Source: a virus (lineage: Duplodnaviria > Caudoviricetes). Taken from it: a DNA stretch of 61,632 nucleotides. Under the pieces are notes generated by a model that did not search any database, was not told the origin of the DNA, and saw nothing but the letters and a program-made list of their open reading frames with translations. A program made the position numbers and the translations under genes. The DNA lies in IMG/VR virus record IMGVR_UViG_3300049783_001456, positions 1 to 61,632 of that record; one strand, 5' to 3'. The first letter of the stretch is position 1; each line of letters starts with the position of its first letter. Below are positions 56,318 through 61,632 of the stretch, one piece after another.

Positions 56318-56805
56318 GGGTAGGTTCCCCGAAGGTTCGGAGGAACGTTGTAGGTTCCCGGAGGAGGACCGAGGAGAGTGTCCAAGGTGTTCGTGACGGG
56401 GAAGCCGTAGGACGGAGGAGCGGAAGAAGAAGAGGACTCTCCAGGGAGTTCTCCGGCGATGGCTCGCTTCAAGTCGGCAAGCGCTTCTGAATACAACCCA
56501 CGGATCTGATCATATGGGCTGCTTCCCTGAGATACCATCTCCGGGAAGAAGGACAGTTCGATTAGCATCGCTACTTTGTAGGACGCTACGGTCCCTGCTT
56601 GCACCCAGAACGAGGAAAGTATGTCCGATCCGATTGCCGATGCGAGGCTCGACAGCGAGCTCGTGATAAGCTCGAGGACCTGTTCTTCATCGGGTCGGGT
56701 GTCGTCGTTGAAAGTGCCGACCTCATTACCTTCGGTGTCGCGGGTGCGAGCACGAAGGAGAGAACCAACGCTTGCTACATCTACGTTCCAGTCGGAGGTC
56801 GGCAC
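56314..56805 (-). CDS. Head-tail adaptor
   Basis: Synteny; GTFNDDTRP..QV...AMLIELSFFPE. Confidence 0.6.
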   Translation of the reverse strand: MPTSDWNVDVASVGSLLRARTRDTEGNEVGTFNDDTRPDEEQVLELITSSLSSLASAIGSDILSSFWVQAGTVASYKVAMLIELSFFPEMVSQGSSPYDQIRGLYSEALADLKRAIAGELPGESSSSSAPPSYGFPVTNTLDTLLGPPPGTYNVPPNLRGTYP

Positions 56806-56815
56806 TTTCAGCTAC

Positions 56816-57490
56816 TCACTTCGTGAATTCTGCAGCCGCTTCGGCTGCTTTGACGATGGATACTCTGACAGGCTCGTTCCGTGAGACGGAGCGGCGACCT
56901 TCAGCCTCAACGATGGTTGCGGCAACGGCATGGTTCTCGGAGATGTACTCGATGACATCTTTGGCGTTGCCATCAACAATGGCGTCTGCAGCTTCGGCGG
57001 AGATACCATCGGGGGTCGAGCTGTCCCCGATGAGGTCAGCAGCTTCTTTCGCTGCAGCCTCAGCGTCGAGAGCTGTTTGGAATTCAGCTGCTTCCGCAGC
57101 CTCCTTCTTCCCTGCGTCGTCGAGGGGTTCGTGGCCTCCCCCAAGGTGCTGGTTCTGCTCTTCCTGGCGTACCTTGACCGTAGCCTGTGCAGCTGCGATC
57201 CGTTCCGCCATCTCTGGTCGCTCTGCAGCGAGGTCATTGCTTTCGTCTTCGGTCGCTCCGATGACCCAGTTAAGGATCTCCGAATCCGACGCAGTGTGGG
57301 GGAGTAGGGACATGGTGCCCGGTCGTTCCAGGACTACTCCTGGAAGGACCGTGGCACCGAGTGCGTCCAGGCGTTCTACCTGGTCGTCGGGAATGTCCAC
57401 GGTTTGCCCTCGGAACGCTGTCTCGAAGGAGGATCTCTCCCCCTTCTTGACAGTGTACCGAACGAGTGCGTGGCGGATAGTGCGCTTCAT
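56816..57490 (-). CDS. Hypothetical head-associated protein
   Basis: Start reassigned to ATG 57490 (GAAAGGG); follows the capsid gene. Confidence 0.6.
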   Translation of the reverse strand: MKRTIRHALVRYTVKKGERSSFETAFRGQTVDIPDDQVERLDALGATVLPGVVLERPGTMSLLPHTASDSEILNWVIGATEDESNDLAAERPEMAERIAAAQATVKVRQEEQNQHLGGGHEPLDDAGKKEAAEAAEFQTALDAEAAAKEAADLIGDSSTPDGISAEAADAIVDGNAKDVIEYISENHAVAATIVEAEGRRSVSRNEPVRVSIVKAAEAAAEFTK

Positions 57491-57503
57491 GGGAAGCCCT
57501 TTC

Positions 57504-58439
57504 TCAGTGGCCCGTCGACCGAATGACGGCGAAGGGGTTGTTGACGAACATGACCGGACGAACCGAGCTCTGCACCCAGGTGCGCTCAGTCCCATTCTCG
57601 CGCCACGTCTCGGTGGCCAGAGCCTGCTCGAGACGCATCTCGCCAAGCTGACCTTCCGCGACATAGTAGACGGTGCCGGCAGGGACTCGGTTGGAGGCGT
57701 AGGCCTCGTCGAATCCGTTGTCGATCAACATCTGCTGCAGGGAAGCCCCGTAGAAGAGGCGCATCTCGTTGAGCTGAACCGGGTTCATCAGAACGACGTT
57801 GTACTGAATACCCAATTCGCGCTGGTCGGCGATGAGCTGGCTCTTCCCGAGGTCTGCTCCAGGAGTCAATGCGGGTGCGGTCGGGTCGCTGCCATTCGGG
57901 ATGGCCTCGCTCCAGTCGTTGCCCGTGAACTCGGAGAGACCACCGTTGCCGGCGATTGCTGCAGTCACGACCTCGATTGCACGAGCGTTCAGCTTTCGAA
58001 CGATCGTGTTGGCGAGCTTGATGTTCTCGTTTCGGAACGCCGACTGGTCGTTGCGGTCTCGAGCTTCGTCGGTGAAGTAATACTTCCCGCCGAACTTCTC
58101 AACCTGTGCAACCTTCGGTGCCCGACGGGTGCTCGTGACGATCGGGAACTCGCCACCTGGGGAGACGGGTTCAACGTCGCGGTCCAGGTACAGCTCGTTC
58201 TCGGTGACCAGGTCGTATACGACTGCGCCGCCAGTGACGCCACCCTCGCTCGTGAAGAGCCGGTCCAAGATGAACCGCTGCAGGGTGAGGTCCTGCAGGA
58301 AGTTGGTGATACGGGTCGGCTGTTGCAGCATCGTATCGATGGTGATCGTGTCGCCCGTGACGACGGGTGCCGCCAACGGGTGCGCGACCGGGTTCGGGGA
58401 TGCTCCGGCGAAGACCGGTGCAGGTGTGTTGTGCTTCAT
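57504..58439 (-). CDS. Major capsid protein
   Basis: 311 aa; VSPGGEFP, VEKFGGK, position after scaffold and decoration genes; GGAGG RBS. Confidence 0.85.
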   Translation of the reverse strand: MKHNTPAPVFAGASPNPVAHPLAAPVVTGDTITIDTMLQQPTRITNFLQDLTLQRFILDRLFTSEGGVTGGAVVYDLVTENELYLDRDVEPVSPGGEFPIVTSTRRAPKVAQVEKFGGKYYFTDEARDRNDQSAFRNENIKLANTIVRKLNARAIEVVTAAIAGNGGLSEFTGNDWSEAIPNGSDPTAPALTPGADLGKSQLIADQRELGIQYNVVLMNPVQLNEMRLFYGASLQQMLIDNGFDEAYASNRVPAGTVYYVAEGQLGEMRLEQALATETWRENGTERTWVQSSVRPVMFVNNPFAVIRSTGH

Positions 58440-58453
58440 TGTTACCAGCCTCC

Positions 58454-58849
58454 TCAGGCGATGTGATTCGTGAGTTGAACGACGGCGTCAGCCTCGTCGG
58501 CTGCGCCCGTGAGGACGATGCCGCAAGCTCGTGCGTCGGCGACCGCGACGACTGCAGCGCCATTGGCGTCTGCGGTGATCGAGTCTCCTGCTGTCAGGGC
58601 TGCGCCTGCTGTGATCGGAACAATCATCCCCGAAGAAATCGTGATGATTGTTACCTTGGCGCCAGTGAGAGCGTCCCAGCTGGCAACGCCGAAGGCTTGC
58701 TCGCCTGCACCCGTGGGTCCGACGGTGTATGTGCCGTCGGCGTTCTTGTCGCCAGAGATCGAGACAAGCGTCTTGCCTGCCACACTGGCCGAAGCTGTTG
58801 CGGTTACCCGCACAGCGTTCTCCATGAAGGGGATGAGTTCGTTCTGCAT
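58454..58849 (-). CDS. Capsid decoration/cement protein (DUF2190-like)
   Basis: FGVASWDA..G..V...AGAALTAGDSITADANGAAV. Confidence 0.75.
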   Translation of the reverse strand: MQNELIPFMENAVRVTATASASVAGKTLVSISGDKNADGTYTVGPTGAGEQAFGVASWDALTGAKVTIITISSGMIVPITAGAALTAGDSITADANGAAVVAVADARACGIVLTGAADEADAVVQLTNHIA

Positions 58850-60405
58850 CAGTCTGAGGTCACTTTCACTCGGTCATTGCTTGTGGTGTGGCTGGCTTCG
58901 ATTGCCCGCTTCCAGTTGGAAGGGTAGGCAGTCTCGTCTGCGGCTGCAACGTCGTTGCCTTCGCCAGTCTCGGTCACCGGCACGAGGCCAGCTTCGAGCG
59001 AGGAGATGAGAGCGCTTGCGCCGACGGGGTCGGCGGAGAGCATCGTCTCATAATGGACTCGGCGAGCAATCGGGAACTTGCCTGCCCGGATGGCCGTATC
59101 GAGAACAGCGTCTCGGTCGGCCTTGTCCTGGCGCTTGACGAGACCTGCAGCTGCGGCAACACCGGAGCGCATTTCTGCAAGCGTGGTGGCGTCCACCAGG
59201 ACCATCCCCTCGGGAATGGATACCTCTGCGTCGGCGACTTCGCCTGCATCGGTCTCAGCTTTGGGGGTGTCGGCGGGAGCGTCGTTCGTCAAGTCCGGTT
59301 CGCCAGAGGCAACCTTATTGGCGAGGACGGCAGCCGAGATTTCCTCGTTGGTTGCTCCGGGCTCAAGGCCCAGGGCGATCAGCGCCTCATCGGTCAGCAT
59401 GACAGTTTTCTCCTCTTGTTCGGGAATGTTGGATGCCGTCACTTTAGCTTCGTCTTCTGGGTTGGGTCGAGAAGTCCTCCCAGCATCCTCAGGAGTGGCG
59501 TGAGAAGCAGCGACGATCTGGCCTGCCTGGGAGGCTGCGACGAGGGTTCCGCCAGCAGCGACATACTGGACCTTCACTTCGACATGTTCGCCGAAGGAGA
59601 TCTCGTCGTTGCTGTCGATAGACACGGGAACTTCCCAGAGGGAACCTTCGTCGTCGTCTACGATCAACGTCATGGGGTTGACTCGGACTTCCCGGCACCA
59701 CCACCACATACCGTTCCCGCTCGCGTCGAGCATTGCGTAGTATGCGGTCTTGACGTTATCCAGATTCACCGAGGCTTTGACCTCAGCCCCTGCGTCAACA
59801 TTCTTGTTTCGTCGGGTCTTCATGTCTACCTTTCGTGAGCGGAAAGCGCCAGCAGCGATTGCCGGCTCGGTTTCTTCCATTGTGTATAGAGGTGGTGGGT
59901 TCTCTCCCCAAAGAGCTTGTATGTCTTCGAGGGTATCGATAGCAGGGTAGCTGGTGCCCAGGAGAGCTACGCCAGTGAGAACCATATCCCACGTGTTACC
60001 GGTGCGGGTGGTGACGTCGAGGTTGCCTTCTATCGAGCGGCGAGGATATGCAGTGTACATGACCTTGGCGAGCCAGAGCGGCATGGCGACAAGGTCACCT
60101 ACAAGAGTCTGGTCGTTGTTCGTCAGACGCAAGTTCTCGATTCGGCCGATGGCAGGCTGACCGTCGAAACGTGGGTCAATGTGACCCAGCTTGACGACCG
60201 GGGTGCGCACTGCTGGATCGTCCTGACTGGCTATGCAAGACTTGAGGTCTTCCATATCGAAGTCGAACGTGCCTGTAGACGTCGCCCAGTCGGTGCCGAC
60301 CTCGAGGAGCTCGACGTTGGGGAGGGTGACGAGGGACGGTTGGGCAACGCCAACGTCACCCGGTTCAACGAGCGCTGCGTGTACGAGCTTGTTCTTAGAT
60401 TTCAC
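58849..60405 (-). CDS. Capsid maturation protease-scaffold protein
   Basis: KLGH...PAIGRIENL...YPRRSIE...LTGVALLG..PAI (Mu gpI-like); acidic helical C-half. Confidence 0.8.
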   Translation of the reverse strand: MKSKNKLVHAALVEPGDVGVAQPSLVTLPNVELLEVGTDWATSTGTFDFDMEDLKSCIASQDDPAVRTPVVKLGHIDPRFDGQPAIGRIENLRLTNNDQTLVGDLVAMPLWLAKVMYTAYPRRSIEGNLDVTTRTGNTWDMVLTGVALLGTSYPAIDTLEDIQALWGENPPPLYTMEETEPAIAAGAFRSRKVDMKTRRNKNVDAGAEVKASVNLDNVKTAYYAMLDASGNGMWWWCREVRVNPMTLIVDDDEGSLWEVPVSIDSNDEISFGEHVEVKVQYVAAGGTLVAASQAGQIVAASHATPEDAGRTSRPNPEDEAKVTASNIPEQEEKTVMLTDEALIALGLEPGATNEEISAAVLANKVASGEPDLTNDAPADTPKAETDAGEVADAEVSIPEGMVLVDATTLAEMRSGVAAAAGLVKRQDKADRDAVLDTAIRAGKFPIARRVHYETMLSADPVGASALISSLEAGLVPVTETGEGNDVAAADETAYPSNWKRAIEASHTTSNDRVKVTSD

Positions 60406-61632
60406 TGGCGATCACCTTTGAACGGTTGAGAACGATAACGAAGGTTTCCGAAGTTCGTTCAAGCCGAACAGCATCATACCCTTGGGACGCAAGTATAAGT
60501 GACGGGTCGTTCTCAAAGGGGGAACCGATGAACTCGTCAGACAACTTCCTCAGGTCTCTCGACGTAGCGGTGTACACCTTGGCGTCGGGAGCCATCGTCA
60601 TATTGAGCTGTTTGCCGCCAGCGCTGAATGGGAGAGCTCGACTGATGTACTCTTCGAACTGTTCTTGCGTACCCTCAACCGTGTAGGTGCCTGTCCCTGA
60701 GATCCCGTCTCCGATGAAGTGGTTGCCGGTGAGGTACTGGGTAGCGAATTCATCCTCTGCCACGACACGGTGGAGGACGTCTGTGGGTCCGAGATCCGCT
60801 GCGTCTTGTACAGCGTCGATACTGTCGACGAGAGTGGGGAGCTCGTTGTACCCAAGAGCTTCGTACACCGCCAATGCCTTCTCCTTCTCGTCCCCGTCTA
60901 CAGCGTTGAAGATACTCTCAAGCTCTCCTCGGTTCGGGGTCTCGGTCACGTCGTCGAGAGCATCTGGCGTCGGCTCTGGCGTCGGCTCTGGCGATATGTC
61001 ATCGTCGCCTTCTTGGTACACGGCAACGAGCGTGCCGCGACAACGGGGTCCGCCCAGGCAGTCCTTGTGGCCACCGGTCGGGTACTCCTGCTCTGCCCCG
61101 AGCATGTCGTCGAACTTCTTCCCATCGATAGCGCTGCACCGTTCGCACGTGTTCTGGTCGAGGAGCTCGCTGGCGTAGATGGTAGAAGGCTTCTCTTTGA
61201 ACACTGCTTTCCGACCAGTGTTCTGAGCTTGCGTCATGGAACCGCCGAGCATGTCGTTCAAGTACGCATCGCTCAGACCGTCCAGATGCTCCCTGACGGC
61301 GTCCACAACCTGGTCGGCGGCGAGGTCGGCACCCAAGTTAACGGCAACACGAGAGGCGCTGTCAGCTATGCCTCGGGAGAGGAGGTTGGCGGTAGACTCG
61401 GCTCTTGAAGCGAGCAACGGTTCGACCGTAGTTGCGGTGTTGACTGTTCCGATGCTGACGCCTTGAGCAAGCGCCTCCGCTCGGGCACCTACGATAGCGT
61501 CTTCCGCAAGTTCCTTCATCCGGTCGAAGAGAAGGTCCGCACCGAGGACGGGAGCTTCCAGGCGAGACAGAGCGACCAGGTCTCCAGCGTCAACCGCTGC
61601 GCGAACCTGCCGAAGGATATCTTCGATCTGTT
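60395..61632 (-). CDS. MuF-like minor head domain plus ADP-ribosyltransferase-like C-terminal domain; open to the right edge, probably the C-terminus of the portal ORF
   Basis: Frame stays open past 61519 (QIEDILRQVRAAVDAGDL...); ASELLDQNTCERC...DG...CLGGPRCRG MuF cysteines; LHR...GTGTYT...GYDAV...ETFVIVLNR. Confidence 0.7.
   Translation of the reverse strand, partial: QIEDILRQVRAAVDAGDLVALSRLEAPVLGADLLFDRMKELAEDAIVGARAEALAQGVSIGTVNTATTVEPLLASRAESTANLLSRGIADSASRVAVNLGADLAADQVVDAVREHLDGLSDAYLNDMLGGSMTQAQNTGRKAVFKEKPSTIYASELLDQNTCERCSAIDGKKFDDMLGAEQEYPTGGHKDCLGGPRCRGTLVAVYQEGDDDISPEPTPEPTPDALDDVTETPNRGELESIFNAVDGDEKEKALAVYEALGYNELPTLVDSIDAVQDAADLGPTDVLHRVVAEDEFATQYLTGNHFIGDGISGTGTYTVEGTQEQFEEYISRALPFSAGGKQLNMTMAPDAKVYTATSRDLRKLSDEFIGSPFENDPSLILASQGYDAVRLERTSETFVIVLNRSKVIASEI

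Noticed and set aside
56772-58466. 564-aa plus-strand ORF and similar long antisense ORFs (147..1016, 23331..24245, 42363..43349, 50984..51895, 58888..59838)
   Set aside because: They are shadows of well-supported genes on the opposite strand in GC-rich DNA, with no motifs or RBS.
1-61632. Exact circular closure or terminal repeat
   Set aside because: No terminal redundancy is visible, and a direct end-joining puts a TGA and a frameshift in the portal-MuF frame, so a short stretch is probably missing.

Overview
This window is an almost complete, circularly permuted genome (~61.6 kb) of a contractile-tailed (myovirus-type) dsDNA phage, most likely of an actinobacterial host. Host evidence: a WhiB gene, many leaderless TANNNT-N7-ATG starts and a GC-rich sequence. 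No integrase was recognised, so it is probably lytic. Minus strand: portal at the left edge, apparently continuous with a MuF/ART-like ORF at the right edge, plus terminase, a fibre-like cluster, endolysin, primase-helicase and the head, sheath, tube and baseplate operon (43.8-61.6 kb). Plus strand: an array of small early genes, helicases, Cas4-like nuclease, SSB, PolA and a thymidine-hypermodification locus. Main points of interest: (1) a 5hmdU hypermodification pathway with a class-I SAM-transferase-like gene between the amino acid:DNA transferase and the PLP enzyme, predicting a possibly new base; (2) a composite element in ~15 copies (inverted repeat around GGGGTAG, -10 box, 5'-terminal CC-AACRR-GG pentaloop hairpin with covarying stems, RBS) that delimits gene cassettes; (3) two anticodon-less tRNA-like mini-RNAs; (4) a probable portal-MuF-ART fusion; (5) an ori-like 18-bp inverted repeat around an AT-rich core. 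All family calls come from motif recognition by eye; no database searches were run.
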